Shown here one piece after another: positions 34,377 to 43,823 of a stretch of 64,000 nucleotides of DNA. The position numbers were made by a program, and so were the translations under genes. The notes beneath the pieces are model-generated. The model searched no databases. It saw only the letters and a program-made list of their open reading frames with translations, and was not told the DNA's origin. The stretch lies in the IMG/VR virus record IMGVR_UViG_3300046516_001816, positions 62,001 through 126,000 of that record; one strand, written 5' to 3'. Position 1 is the first letter of the stretch; every line of letters starts with the position of its first letter.

Positions 34377-36053
34377 TTACAGCCTCTGGCTGATTCGGAT
34401 CGCCTTCTGCTCGAGCAGGGTAAAAAAAGTGTGCTCGACATTCAGCGGCAGCAAGTGCGGGAATTTCGGGAAGCTGTTCTCTTCCTCCTGCACTGCCGCA
34501 GGCGTCGCGATCAGCGCGATCGTCTTGTCGTCGATGAACTTCTGCACCTCATTGAAGAAGGTGCTGCGCAGATCATCGTCACCCGACAGTTCGTTGAGCG
34601 TGCTCTCGATGGTTTCCCGATCGACGATTTCAGCGCGGCCCGCATGGATGGTTTCCACGTAGTGCGTGTACTGACGCATGGACGTAGCCTTGCCTTGCTG
34701 GACAATGAAGTCCGCCCGACGACCATCACCCGGCTCCAGAGCAAACGCTTCGTCCACCGTCTTGGTGATTTCACCAATCCAGTCGTAGCCCGCCTTCACG
34801 TACTCGTCGCCCGAAGGCGCGCGCAGCGTCACCGCGATGTCCTTGGTCAATTGCACCTTACGGGGCTGACCGCGCAGGAAGTCATCCCGATAGCGCTTGA
34901 CCATATCGACCGACATCGAACCGCTCGAGCGATTGCCCATGTGGCTGATCTGACGCGCCGTGAGTGACTTGGTGTCCACCCACAGCAGCTTGCCGACCGA
35001 GAGCTTCTGCTTCAACAGCTTTTGCTCTTTGGTCTTCGGATCCAGATACGGACGCGCGTACTGGAAACCACGCGGCCAGATCGCGCAGGCCAGACCCCAG
35101 AACAGAATCGGCAAGTCCGCCGCCTGAATCATGGAGCGCACCACCACCGGGTCCTTCACTTGCAGCGACGTGTCGTACACATACTGCATGACGAAGTCGA
35201 GAATCCAACCCGTCATGAACGACGACGTATTGGCAAACGCCAAGCCGTTCGTGGTCCGACCGATGACGATCTTCTCGTCCATCATGCGGTTGTTCAGGTT
35301 GATCTGCGCGGTGTCACCCGGCGCCTTGATCGTGACATGAAAACCCGAATGCCACAGCGGCACTTGAATGACGCTACCCAGACCCGCCAAGGCCCGGACT
35401 TGGAGCACCGCCTTCTCGCCCGCGACCTTGCCTTCGCCGACGTTCTTGAAGTTCAATGCCCCCATGTTGATCTTGCCGCGCTCGGACTCGATCGTTTGCA
35501 GCCAGAGCGAACCTTCGCGGTCCACCGTGTCTCGCCACTGATCTTTGTTCGGCGCGATATTGATCGCTTCACGTTGGTAGTCGACCCACTCGCGACCCGA
35601 CTCCGTGCCGGTCAGATCGAGATTGGGCAAGGCTTCCAGCGCTTTTTGCGTACGCTCTTGCGTGTCGGCTTGACCGACCAGGAACACGCCTGCGTCATTC
35701 CACTCGCCTTCGAGCGGGAAGAACACTTCGTGATCCTGACGCACGGTTGTCGACGGCGGCAAGAAGCCGACGCCGGTACCTTCTTCCTCGTCCTCGTCCT
35801 TCTTCTCTTCGTCTGCCGGTGCGGCGACCGGCGCGCTCGGTGCTTGTTCTTCGAGAGCTTCCGCCGGGATCTCATCGAACCCGGCGTCGCTCGGCGTACC
35901 GCTCACGTCCAGCACCAGATCGGTCGTGAGACCGTTGGCGGCTGCCCCGGTTTGCGGTGCGGTTTCTGCGCCGACGGACGTGTTGGTGGCGATCGCGCCC
36001 ACCAGGGCGCTGCTACCATGCGGGTCCATCGGCAGTTCGTTATGTTGAGACAT
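34377..36053 (-). CDS. Conserved chimallivirus protein, candidate tail/baseplate assembly chaperone
   Basis: 558 aa with acidic disordered N-terminus; function inferred from the frameshift architecture. Confidence 0.6.
   Translation of the reverse strand: MSQHNELPMDPHGSSALVGAIATNTSVGAETAPQTGAAANGLTTDLVLDVSGTPSDAGFDEIPAEALEEQAPSAPVAAPADEEKKDEDEEEGTGVGFLPPSTTVRQDHEVFFPLEGEWNDAGVFLVGQADTQERTQKALEALPNLDLTGTESGREWVDYQREAINIAPNKDQWRDTVDREGSLWLQTIESERGKINMGALNFKNVGEGKVAGEKAVLQVRALAGLGSVIQVPLWHSGFHVTIKAPGDTAQINLNNRMMDEKIVIGRTTNGLAFANTSSFMTGWILDFVMQYVYDTSLQVKDPVVVRSMIQAADLPILFWGLACAIWPRGFQYARPYLDPKTKEQKLLKQKLSVGKLLWVDTKSLTARQISHMGNRSSGSMSVDMVKRYRDDFLRGQPRKVQLTKDIAVTLRAPSGDEYVKAGYDWIGEITKTVDEAFALEPGDGRRADFIVQQGKATSMRQYTHYVETIHAGRAEIVDRETIESTLNELSGDDDLRSTFFNEVQKFIDDKTIALIATPAAVQEEENSFPKFPHLLPLNVEHTFFTLLEQKAIRISQRL
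34422..34428 (-). other. Candidate -1 programmed ribosomal frameshift site T TTT TTT
   Basis: In-frame ACT TTT TTT ACC; the -1 frame is stop-free for 34 codons and continues into ORF 33946-34320. Confidence 0.55.
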
Positions 36054-36079
36054 TGCTAACCTTTTTCTTGTGGTGTCGT

Positions 36080-36970
36080 TCAGGCGCCGTGATGCACGTG
36101 CTTGTGGTGCTCACCGTGATGCGCCTGAACGGGGTTGAGTTCCTCGAGCGGAACGAACCCAGCTTCGTCGATCTGACCCACGACGGACGTTGCGCCACGT
36201 ACCGACCCGGCTTGCTCCAGGAAGGCATCCATGACTTCCGGCTTCGAGGCTTCGAGACCGGCATTGACCGAAGCTTGCAGATTCAGCGTCTTGCCGTCGG
36301 CCACTTCCCGTACTTCGACGTCGGTGATCGTGTTGACGTCGAGTACGCCGGCGTCGAGGTTCTCGACCGGGTTCGCTTCTTGTTGGGCGGCACGGGCTGC
36401 CTGACGACGCAGTTCAGCCTGATTCGTTTGCTCGAGGATGTGCATGATGGTGGGCTTGACGACGCCGTCGTGCTTCGTCATCCACAGTTTGTACTGTTCG
36501 TAGACAGCAAACGAGTGCAGCACGACTTCCGGGTCTTCCGAGCCGCCGGTCTTATCGGCGTGCAGTGCGCGCAGTTGTTGCAGCTCGCCATTCATCTGAA
36601 CGAGGTCCGCTGCGAATTGCTTGATGTTGGCGTCGAACGTCACGGCGTCGTCGATAAAGCCGACGAGTTCCTTGTCGTTGAGCACCTGCGTGACTGCGGT
36701 GTGTTGGAACAGCATGCGGGCACATTCGCGATAGACGCCCATCAGGTCGTCCCAGCACGTGTTGACTTGCTTCTGCTCTTTGGGCACCAGACCCAGGCCT
36801 TGTCCGCATTCAGCCAGAATGCGATCGGCGGCCGTGACCTTGTACCCCCCGTTTTCCGTAGCTTGCATCGGCTGACGACTCACCGGGGAGATGTTCGTGG
36901 TGGTCCCCGTCGCGCGGCGCTTGCCGGCTGCGATGTCGCGTTGGATGCGTGCTGCGCTCTTCTTGGTCAT
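36080..36970 (-). CDS. Conserved hypothetical helical protein
   Basis: 296 aa, phage-like codon bias, His-rich C-terminus. Confidence 0.7.
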   Translation of the reverse strand: MTKKSAARIQRDIAAGKRRATGTTTNISPVSRQPMQATENGGYKVTAADRILAECGQGLGLVPKEQKQVNTCWDDLMGVYRECARMLFQHTAVTQVLNDKELVGFIDDAVTFDANIKQFAADLVQMNGELQQLRALHADKTGGSEDPEVVLHSFAVYEQYKLWMTKHDGVVKPTIMHILEQTNQAELRRQAARAAQQEANPVENLDAGVLDVNTITDVEVREVADGKTLNLQASVNAGLEASKPEVMDAFLEQAGSVRGATSVVGQIDEAGFVPLEELNPVQAHHGEHHKHVHHGA

Positions 36971-37142
36971 GATCTGTTTAACCTGTAAATGTAGTTATCG
37001 ACTTTTATCGATTCATCATTTGACCCGACTTGTATATAGTCGAATCGAATTCTTCTCACGGATTCGATCATCCGTGTGGCTGACTGTGTCCGCTACAAAA
37101 TGGTCAGATCCGATATTTTGTTACATAAGTGAGACACTATCC

Positions 37143-38021
37143 ATGCTGGACATTCTCCAAACGTATTTAAACGATGCGGCGTCTCCCGATTTTGTCCAGA
37201 TGATTCGGGAAGCGCATGCGGCACTCGATCTCCTTGGTGTCGAGCATTACCAAGATGACTTCGTCCAGATCCTGATGGTCGATAGTGAGCTGGACCAGGG
37301 CGAAACCCTCCAAAACATTTACGCCACAACGCAGGATTGGCTGATCAATGTGATCAAACTGCTGGGGGTGGTCCCGGCTGACGAGATCCGTGTGGAACAC
37401 CTCACGCGCCTGCTCAAGACGGTCCATGCGATCGAACATTTCGAAGATCCCCAGAAGATCCTCGAGAAAGCGACGCTGGAACTTGAACCGGTGGAGCTGC
37501 TGGCGGAGATGCTCTCGGTGGCCGGTGACGCCCCGCCCGAAGAGTGGCTGGTCGATATCCATGACGTCTCCCGGCGCACGATTGCCAAGATCATTGAGCT
37601 CTCCACCGAAGCCCTGGCCTTTAAGGTCCAGCACGGTGAGCAAGATATGTTGCACCGGCAGACCTTGATTGCCACCTACAAGACGTTCAAGAACTTCTTG
37701 CGCGACAAGGCCGTGAAAGCGACGTTGCTGATGGACGACTTCTTCAGCCAAGGCATGGACGTGGGCTTTCCGTTCGTGATCTATTTGAATCTGGTCGGCC
37801 AGCCGATTGCCTCGCTCGGCACTGTTGAGGCGGCAGCCAACCTGATCTCGATGGCACTGATCTCCACCGACGGTCATGCGTCGCCGCGTGAAGTGATCAA
37901 GTTGCACCTCGAACACTATTTCCAGGATCTCGATGCGTTGACCAAGGTCGACATGATGGTAAGCGAGTTGCTCGTTCGCTTCGAGAGCTACAAGACCAGC
38001 GGAGTGAAAATCAATGGATAA
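37143..38021 (+). CDS. Conserved protein (phiKZ gp79-like by synteny)
   Basis: Start moved to ATG 37143; overlaps the vRNAP subunit gene. Confidence 0.68.
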   Translation: MLDILQTYLNDAASPDFVQMIREAHAALDLLGVEHYQDDFVQILMVDSELDQGETLQNIYATTQDWLINVIKLLGVVPADEIRVEHLTRLLKTVHAIEHFEDPQKILEKATLELEPVELLAEMLSVAGDAPPEEWLVDIHDVSRRTIAKIIELSTEALAFKVQHGEQDMLHRQTLIATYKTFKNFLRDKAVKATLLMDDFFSQGMDVGFPFVIYLNLVGQPIASLGTVEAAANLISMALISTDGHASPREVIKLHLEHYFQDLDALTKVDMMVSELLVRFESYKTSGVKING

Positions 38022-39345
38022 GCGCGAGTTCTTTCTGAAGGCGATGCACGCAGGGGAGTATAAGCGTCGCGCCTGGGTGATCAGTGCCTTCAGTCTGGTG
38101 AAGGAAATTCCAGACGCCTGGAAAAAGGATCCGTATCCCTACCGGGTGGTACAGACGCCGGCGGGACACTTCTTTATCGATCCGGAGAACGGCCACCAGC
38201 TCACCAAGATCGACGGGGCGTTGGGTGGACTCCCGCCGCTCAGCTTTAAGGATCGGATTGAACTCCATCCCGGTCAGGTCCCCAACGTCTACGAGACAGT
38301 CGAGACGAACTACGGCAATGTGCTGTTTAACTTCACCTGCCTGATCTTCCCGTTTGGCAATCGCGTGAAGTTTCTCACGGGCCGGGTCGATGCGGGTAAG
38401 CTGGAGCAGACGGTCCTGGATCGTACAGTCGATCGCCCGAAGAATCTGAGCCCGGAGCAGCAGCCTGACGGACCGGACGCCAAGCTCTACACGGACGAGT
38501 ATATCAAGTTCTGTGAAGCCATGTTCCATATGGCGGGCTACACCCAGTTGTGCGTGCCGGCCAAATCCGAAAAGGAAATGGTGATGGCGCCGGGCATGAA
38601 AGAGCTGCGCCAGCAGCTGCTCGAAAAGAATAAGGACCGCTTGCATGATCCGGCCGTGATTGCGGCGATCAACAAGGAACTGATCGACTTCGACAAAGCG
38701 TACCTCAAAGACGACTCGGCTGCGGGCTTCTTGGGACCGTCCGCGGGCAAGTCCTACGGCGTGGTGCGCTCCAAGCTCTTTAACATGCACGGCATGGAAA
38801 TGGGGTTTGGCGAAGGCACCAAACCGCAGCTTGTGCAGAACTCCCTCTCGGAAGGTTGGGACATCGAGAAGTTCCCGATCATGATGGACTCGCTGCGCTC
38901 GGGCTCGTACTTCCGGGGCGCAGAAACCATGCTGGGCGGCGAAGCGGTGAAGTGGCTGCTGCGTGCATCGACCAATATGGCGGTCGTCCAAGAAGACTGC
39001 GGTACCAGTCTCGGTCTGCCCATGGAAGTCACCAAGAAGAACCTGTATAAGCTCCCGGGCTTTACGGCGATTCTCGGTCAAGGCGTCACGGAAAAGATCA
39101 AGGATGCCGAGCAAGCGGGTCAGTATCTGGGCAAACAGATCATGCTGCGCAGCCCGATGTTCTGCAAGCTAGACAAAACTGACTATTGCGCGACATGTGT
39201 TGGAGAACGTCTGTCGATTAATCCCACGGCACTGTCCGCGGCGATTTCCGAATACGGCTCGACCTTCATGCTGATTTCGATGAAAAAGATGCACGGCACG
39301 AAGCTCGAGACTCACCGCATGAATTATCAAACTGCACTCTTTTAA
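38014..39345 (+). CDS. Virion RNA polymerase beta-prime C-terminal fragment (phiKZ gp80-like)
   Basis: GSYFRG...EDCGT...LRSPMFC...YCATCVG RpoC Zn-site pattern; 443 aa. Confidence 0.85.
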   Translation: MDKREFFLKAMHAGEYKRRAWVISAFSLVKEIPDAWKKDPYPYRVVQTPAGHFFIDPENGHQLTKIDGALGGLPPLSFKDRIELHPGQVPNVYETVETNYGNVLFNFTCLIFPFGNRVKFLTGRVDAGKLEQTVLDRTVDRPKNLSPEQQPDGPDAKLYTDEYIKFCEAMFHMAGYTQLCVPAKSEKEMVMAPGMKELRQQLLEKNKDRLHDPAVIAAINKELIDFDKAYLKDDSAAGFLGPSAGKSYGVVRSKLFNMHGMEMGFGEGTKPQLVQNSLSEGWDIEKFPIMMDSLRSGSYFRGAETMLGGEAVKWLLRASTNMAVVQEDCGTSLGLPMEVTKKNLYKLPGFTAILGQGVTEKIKDAEQAGQYLGKQIMLRSPMFCKLDKTDYCATCVGERLSINPTALSAAISEYGSTFMLISMKKMHGTKLETHRMNYQTALF

Positions 39346-39357
39346 CCTGGAGTAACA

Positions 39358-40365
39358 ATGAGCGACATCAACGCAAACCAAGAACAACCAGTAGGTGAGC
39401 AGGGAAACGTCCAAGCGCCGCCGTCATCCGACCAGCCCAATTCGAATGCTGGGGACCCGGCGCTGTCGACACCGGCAAACGACGTGAATTCTTCGCCCGC
39501 AACGCAGCAGGACAATTCGTCCACTACGGAGTCGGCGTCGTCCACACCTTCGAACCCCAGTGACCTGGGAAACGCTGTGAGTGGTGCCTCTACCACAACG
39601 GCTGCTTCGGGCACGTCTGCCACGCCTGGTGCTGAGGGAAACGGTACGTCCGCGGTTGGCGCTGGCACGATTTCACCCGCTACCTCGGTGCCCGCCACGG
39701 ACTCGTCCAGCTCCCTGTCTGGTCAGACGAACTCGATCCCCCAAGGGACGCTGGTGAATGGCAATGTGGTGAATACGGCCGCGCCCGTGATCGCGCCCGT
39801 CTCGACGCAGGGCCTCGTGCCCCCGGGCGTGAGCACGGCAGTCACCCCGACACCCGTTGTCCCGGCTGCCCCCGCTGTCAACTTCGTGCAAACCGGCATC
39901 AATGAAGTCGACCAGATTGTCGAGCGCCTGATGAAGGACTGCTCGATCGAGGCCAAGATCGCGATCAACACGATCAAGGACTACGTCGTGAAGATGAAGC
40001 CGGGCAAGATCGTCGCGACCAGCGTCGGCGCGCAAGCACAAGTCTCGTTGTACCAGTCGTTCCTCACCGTGATCAACAACATCGAAGGCAGTGATTTCCG
40101 CCCGGCGATGCAGTCGATTCTGGCCCTCCTGCACGCACACCGTGACGGCGCGTTTCGCGAAACGCACATCTTCCGTTTCGTCGAACACGTGCCGCTTTCG
40201 GCTGAGCACCGCAAGGGTTTCCAGAAGGTCACCACGATCCTCAAGACGCTGGCCAACCCGGCCACCCGGCAAGATCTCGTGCGTCAGATCAACTTCGATC
40301 CGGTGCTGAAGTATGGCGTGACCGAGCGCGGGCGCACCAAGCTCGCGGCGTTCTTCGGTAAGTAA
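39358..40365 (+). CDS. Conserved protein with long S/T/A/P-rich N-terminal extension
   Basis: 335 aa; SD GGAG; ~170-aa low-complexity N-terminus then a helical domain. Confidence 0.72.
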   Translation: MSDINANQEQPVGEQGNVQAPPSSDQPNSNAGDPALSTPANDVNSSPATQQDNSSTTESASSTPSNPSDLGNAVSGASTTTAASGTSATPGAEGNGTSAVGAGTISPATSVPATDSSSSLSGQTNSIPQGTLVNGNVVNTAAPVIAPVSTQGLVPPGVSTAVTPTPVVPAAPAVNFVQTGINEVDQIVERLMKDCSIEAKIAINTIKDYVVKMKPGKIVATSVGAQAQVSLYQSFLTVINNIEGSDFRPAMQSILALLHAHRDGAFRETHIFRFVEHVPLSAEHRKGFQKVTTILKTLANPATRQDLVRQINFDPVLKYGVTERGRTKLAAFFGK

Positions 40366-40390
40366 AAAGTCACATCTATCCTGTGACCAC

Positions 40391-40435
40391 CCTCAACTCC
40401 AGAGGCCCGTCTCATTGGGTTCTCTGGGGTTGGGG
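40391..40435 (+). terminator. Long hairpin terminator
   Basis: CCTCAACTCCAGAG.../...CTCTGGGGTTGGGG then CTTT. Confidence 0.6.
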
Positions 40436-40480
40436 GCTTTACTCCGTCACGTCACTTTTTGTACACCAGGATAGATAACC

Positions 40481-41308
40481 ATGAGCGCGCTGCCGAGCGG
40501 GACGACCAACGCCCAAGCCAAACTGATTCAACGGGCACTCAACGAAAAAACCGGCCTGAACCTGACTGTCGATGGCAATTTTGGCCCGATGTCGGTGAAC
40601 GCCTTGAAAGCGTACCAACAACTGAACCATCTGCCGCAAACGGGCATCTACGATGCAGCCACTCAGGGGCTCTTGGCGCCCTTCATCGCGCAGAAGTACC
40701 TGACCCTTGCCGACTATCAGCAAGCGGCTCAGGCGCTCTCTCTGGACGTCGCAGCGGTACAAGCAGTCTGCACCGTCGAGACCAGCGGCGCGGGCTTCTT
40801 CAATAACGGCCAATGTACGATTCTTTACGAGCGCCACCAGATGTTTCGCACGCTCGGCACGGTGATGTCGCCCGCTCAGGTGCAGCAACTCTCCGCGCAG
40901 TATCCGAACCTGGTGAACGCAACCCCCGGCGGGTATATCGGCGGCGCCGCTGAGTGGGGTCGTCTCACGCAGATGGAATCGATCCTCACCGGCATGGGTC
41001 TGGACGAAGGCCTGGCGATGCGCTGCTGCTCGTGGGGGTTGTTCCAGATCATGGGCTATTACTACATCCAGTGCGGCTATCCGAGCGTGAAGGAATTCGT
41101 GGCGGCCCTGCAAGTCTCCGAGCACAACCAGTTGCTCGCGTTCGTCGAATACCTCAAGGACATGAACGGCGGCTCGATGCTCACGGCCTTGCGTAACCAT
41201 GATTGGACCGGGTTTGCCAATCAGTACAATGGCCGCAACCAGCACGCCCAGAACAACTACGACGGCAAGATGGCAGCGGCGTATCAGGCGCTCGCCGGTC
41301 ACGCGTAA
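40481..41308 (+). CDS. Modular endolysin: PG_binding_1 plus DUF3380/N-acetylmuramidase domain
   Basis: N-terminal IQRALN...VDGNFGPMSVNALKAYQ; catalytic VETSGAGF, ILYERH, SWGLFQIMG, FANQYNG. Confidence 0.88.
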   Translation: MSALPSGTTNAQAKLIQRALNEKTGLNLTVDGNFGPMSVNALKAYQQLNHLPQTGIYDAATQGLLAPFIAQKYLTLADYQQAAQALSLDVAAVQAVCTVETSGAGFFNNGQCTILYERHQMFRTLGTVMSPAQVQQLSAQYPNLVNATPGGYIGGAAEWGRLTQMESILTGMGLDEGLAMRCCSWGLFQIMGYYYIQCGYPSVKEFVAALQVSEHNQLLAFVEYLKDMNGGSMLTALRNHDWTGFANQYNGRNQHAQNNYDGKMAAAYQALAGHA

Positions 41309-41315
41309 GCTTCAC

Positions 41316-41351
41316 GGCATAAAGGCCCGGCTGCGTGCCGGGCTTCTATGC
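41316..41351. terminator. Bidirectional terminator-like hairpin
   Basis: GGCATA-AAGGCCCGGC/GCCGGGCTTC-TATGC between convergent genes. Confidence 0.7.
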
Positions 41352-41358
41352 TGTCTCT

Positions 41359-41604
41359 TTACAGTAGCGCCGCTTGGACGTGCAGCTCCGCCATATACGC
41401 GCGCTCCGCCACCGCGGCTGCCTTGCGGTGAAATTCGGCCTGACTCAGCGTTTTAGTGACGATCGAGTCGCCTTCGTCATCGGGCTGGCCTTTATAGAGT
41501 TCGCGTTGCCGCGCGGCCTTCTGTTGAAAACATTGCTCCTGAGCTCGGTGCCAGAGGGCGAGATCTTGCAGGTCGTTCATCGGTGCATCAGTCATGCTGT
41601 TCAT
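41359..41604 (-). CDS. Hypothetical protein
   Basis: 81 aa helical ORF, coupled to neighbours. Confidence 0.55.
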   Translation of the reverse strand: MNSMTDAPMNDLQDLALWHRAQEQCFQQKAARQRELYKGQPDDEGDSIVTKTLSQAEFHRKAAAVAERAYMAELHVQAALL

Positions 41605-41866
41605 AAGGGGTCCTTATTTTTTTGGTTAGTTCTGTTTCCAGTACCGCGACAATCCGCTGATGAAAACGCAACTGACTTAGGTCGGCTTTGAGCCGGTTGC
41701 GCTCACTGGTAAAGCCTTTGGGATTGCGCGTCGCCGCCAGCCGTTCGAAACGCTGGACCTGAACCTGATGCCAGTTCCGTACATCGCGCAGCGTCTCCAT
41801 CGGAATCTCGTCACGGAGCGTTTTGGTCATGGGAGCGATCTCCGGTTGGATTTGTTTACGTAACAT
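41588..41866 (-). CDS. Hypothetical protein
   Basis: 92 aa; TGATG coupling to the polymerase exonuclease gene. Confidence 0.6.
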   Translation of the reverse strand: MLRKQIQPEIAPMTKTLRDEIPMETLRDVRNWHQVQVQRFERLAATRNPKGFTSERNRLKADLSQLRFHQRIVAVLETELTKKIRTPYEQHD

Positions 41867-43701
41867 CAGTCTCCGGCTTCCACTTCGTCGTTGTCGTAAT
41901 CTTCCTCTTCGTCTTCTTCAAACGGATCGGAACCCAGCGGATCATCCGAGACATCACCCACGATCAGATGCTGATAGACCGGAATCTCCACGACTTGTCC
42001 GCGCTCGGCCGCAAACTCTCGCAGCCACTCGTCCATGCTGGGCATCTTAAAGAGATCCACACAAACTTCGTACGCATTGGTGGCGCCGCCCGACAGGTTG
42101 ATGCCTTGCACGCGTTGCGTCCGGTTGGTGACCCCTTCGATCTTGACCAGCTCCTTCGCGGTGGTTTCTTTCGAGACGTTGAAGGTACACTCGCCATTCG
42201 GATAACTGGCCGAGACATCCAAGTCACCGACGTGGGCCCGGATATTGGTGCGCAGCATGCCGTTTTCTTCAATCACCTGAAGGCCGTTATCGGCGACCAA
42301 GTGCGCCGGCAGCGTCACGATCCAGTTCGACAGCGTCGCGGTAAGATCATCGAGCTCCGTCTTCATCTCCGGTGACGTCGTGCCAATCACGTGCAGGTGA
42401 CCGTCACATTCGTTTTCCATACAGAAGTAATGGAGCTTGTCGACCAGACGGCGCGGCTGCGAGTTGAAGTGACAGAAGTCGGTCCACTCGGCAAACGAGG
42501 GCATGGTGAGTTGCAAGTCCTTGATCTTCTCATCGAGGAGTTCCATTCCCACACAGTCGAACACGTTATACACCACGTATTCAAACTTGAACTCGCTTTG
42601 CATCAGCTTGTGCCAGTCGATGCCGCGCTTATGGTTCGCGCCTTCGAACTTCAGCTTGCGGATCTCGCCCTTGAAGGTCTTCTGGAGAATCGCGTCCAGG
42701 GCATACGACGGATCCTTGCCCTTCTGGGAGCGCAGGTTCCAGTACACGCACATCGCGTCAATGAAGTAGAAGCTCGCCGGACAGAACACCGTATGCCATT
42801 GCGCTTGCGGCGGAATCGGCATGCGCTTGCCCGAGGCCGTCACCTTCATGTTCTGGCCTTGCTTGTAATAGAAGTGCCGGTACTCCAAGGGCACGGTCGG
42901 GTCCGAGAACACATCCTCGTCCTTGTAGCCAGCCCGAGCAATCGCGGCGCGCATCTTGGACAAGTCGAAGTCGATGTTCCAGATCGCCACAAAGTCCGGC
43001 TTCCATTCGTGGGCCTTGTTCATGCAATCCACAACCACGTCAATCTCCCGATCGACGATCTTCAATTCCCACTTGATCTTGCGGTCCGCGTAGACGTCGC
43101 CGATGTACTGGTCGAAAATCTGCTTCATGCGATTTTCAACATCCAGCAAGCCGTCGAAATAACTCTTTTGCACGGCCGTGAACACGCGGTCCCGATACGA
43201 GAGTGTCGCCATGATAATCTCGTTGGTCCCATGCACCACGTCCGTCTCAATATCGAAGGCGGCCACGTCATAGATGGAATTCAGTCCAGGGAACTGATCC
43301 ATGTACGTTTTCTTTAGCACGCACGTCGAGAGGATATCACTGCCGTACAGATACGGGCTGGCTTTGAGTTCTCGGGGATCGCCCCGGTGCCAGGTCATCC
43401 CGAGGGCCTTCTTGATATTCCATTCCATCTCCGACTGCGAGGTCATGAACTTATCCAGCCGGCTGATCTTCTCCCACTCTTTCTTGTCCTTGTGATTCTG
43501 ATAGCCTTTCTTGGTCACCCACACCGGGCGCTTAAAGTTCTTCCAGAGGCGCACATTGGGCTTGGTGGTGCCGTCAGCCATGTGAATTGTTTCTTTCACG
43601 AGATGGTAGTCATCTCGCCCGCCCTTAGGCGGCGGGCAATAGACGGCAAACTTTGCCTGCATGCCAACCACGCCATCGGGGAGTTTCTTTTGCTCTGACA
43701 T
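41866..43701 (-). CDS. Split family-B DNA polymerase, 3'-5' exonuclease plus motif A subunit (phiKZ gp82-like)
   Basis: ExoI FDIETD, ExoII WNIDFD, ExoIII YNVFD, motif A DLDVSASYP; acidic tail; start likely ATG 43701. Confidence 0.88.
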   Translation of the reverse strand: MSEQKKLPDGVVGMQAKFAVYCPPPKGGRDDYHLVKETIHMADGTTKPNVRLWKNFKRPVWVTKKGYQNHKDKKEWEKISRLDKFMTSQSEMEWNIKKALGMTWHRGDPRELKASPYLYGSDILSTCVLKKTYMDQFPGLNSIYDVAAFDIETDVVHGTNEIIMATLSYRDRVFTAVQKSYFDGLLDVENRMKQIFDQYIGDVYADRKIKWELKIVDREIDVVVDCMNKAHEWKPDFVAIWNIDFDLSKMRAAIARAGYKDEDVFSDPTVPLEYRHFYYKQGQNMKVTASGKRMPIPPQAQWHTVFCPASFYFIDAMCVYWNLRSQKGKDPSYALDAILQKTFKGEIRKLKFEGANHKRGIDWHKLMQSEFKFEYVVYNVFDCVGMELLDEKIKDLQLTMPSFAEWTDFCHFNSQPRRLVDKLHYFCMENECDGHLHVIGTTSPEMKTELDDLTATLSNWIVTLPAHLVADNGLQVIEENGMLRTNIRAHVGDLDVSASYPNGECTFNVSKETTAKELVKIEGVTNRTQRVQGINLSGGATNAYEVCVDLFKMPSMDEWLREFAAERGQVVEIPVYQHLIVGDVSDDPLGSDPFEEDEEEDYDNDEVEAGD

Positions 43702-43823
43702 TGTTTTCTCGTCTTTAAATTGGGGCAAGCCGTAAATCTCTATGAACCACTAGCAGATCCTGGCTGAGTACACAGCATGGGGACTCTAGGTTAGTTTTCA
43801 CATTCTCGAAAAGGATCCCTGCC

